A DNA stretch of 36,236 nt from Niastella sp. GTDB lineage: Bacteria > Bacteroidota > Bacteroidia > Chitinophagales > Chitinophagaceae. Below the pieces are notes generated by a model. It did no database searches and was not told where the DNA came from. It saw nothing but the letters and a program-made list of their open reading frames with translations. The stretch lies in the NCBI GenBank assembly GCA_036379015.1, contig DASUVL010000734.1, positions 1 through 36,236 of the forward strand, in the 5' to 3' direction. Both the position numbers and the translations under genes were made by a program. Below, in pieces: positions 35,742 through 36,236 of the stretch (position 1 is the first letter of the stretch; every line of letters begins with the position of its first letter).

Positions 35742-36236
35742 TAGGAAATATGACGTTAGGGCAATCCTTTTCCGGTTGTATCGGCTATTGCCTTGAAGAC
35801 AAAATAAACCTGTCTGAAGAACAGAAAATGGAACTGTCAATTAATGAAAATTTGCAGCATAAAGACCGGGCCGAAGTAATTTATTATAACAATTGTTTTG
35901 GTACCGTAAGTGAGTTAGCCAGTCAGTTCAATGAGGTTCGAAAATTAAGCTCGCGCGTAGAAAAACCTGTAATGCATATTTCATTGCGACTTGCACCTGG
36001 TGAATCGCTGTCCAAAGATCAATTGGTAGAAATTGCACAAGCCTGCGCAGCGGAATTTAAATTTGACCAGAACCAATATGTTTGCGCGCTTCATAAAGAT
36101 ACCCGCGAGCAACATATACATATTGTTGCTAACCGGGTTGGGTACGATGGAAAGGCAGTAAACCTCAGCAATAATTACCGCCGGATGGCAAATTTTTGCC
36201 GGCAAATGGAAAAGAAATACAACCTGCGGGAGGTTC
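35738..36236 (+). CDS. relaxase (MOB-P/VirD2-like), partial; absent from the supplied ORF track
   Basis: ATGA overlap with mobC; MIGNMTLGQSFSGCIGY (candidate catalytic Tyr), KPVMHISLRLAPGE, HKDTREQHIHIVANRV (HUH motif); open to the window end. Confidence 0.92.
   Translation, partial: MIGNMTLGQSFSGCIGYCLEDKINLSEEQKMELSINENLQHKDRAEVIYYNNCFGTVSELASQFNEVRKLSSRVEKPVMHISLRLAPGESLSKDQLVEIAQACAAEFKFDQNQYVCALHKDTREQHIHIVANRVGYDGKAVNLSNNYRRMANFCRQMEKKYNLREV

Larger units (their letters stand above)
34163..36236 (+). mobile_element. left part of an integrative mobilizable element (att boundary, primase, oriT, mobC, relaxase), continuing beyond the window
   Basis: att-like gtgaccccctcgatacaattttccaa followed directly by a primase-mobC-relaxase module. 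Confidence 0.75.

Overview
Accessory, patchwork region of a Bacteroidota genome, probably Chitinophagaceae (inferred from T9SS C-terminal domains, lipoboxes and TAnnTTTG promoter elements). The main candidate for an undescribed system is the locus at 9586-18983. It holds a 77-aa secreted precursor-like peptide (signal peptide, pro-segment ending NTASA, 33-aa core with four Cys) followed by a perfect stem-loop. Around it lie an O-antigen-ligase/O-oligosaccharyltransferase-like TPR membrane protein, a DUF4221-like lipoprotein, a CxxC lipoprotein, a macroglobulin-domain protein, a second signal peptidase I and a divergent transglutaminase-like lipoprotein. Together these suggest an extracytoplasmic peptide-maturation (RiPP-like, possibly glycopeptide) system. 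Elsewhere are two 444-aa fibre-like paralogs flanking a T9SS protein, a membrane-anchored wHTH regulator with four TTTACA boxes, several pseudogenes, and the left end of a mobilizable element (primase, oriT, mobC, relaxase). Three scattered scars resembling a serine-recombinase C-terminal tail/att site, tRNA-end remnants and attC-like repeats mark the window as an integration hotspot. All family calls come from motif recognition by eye; no database search was run.
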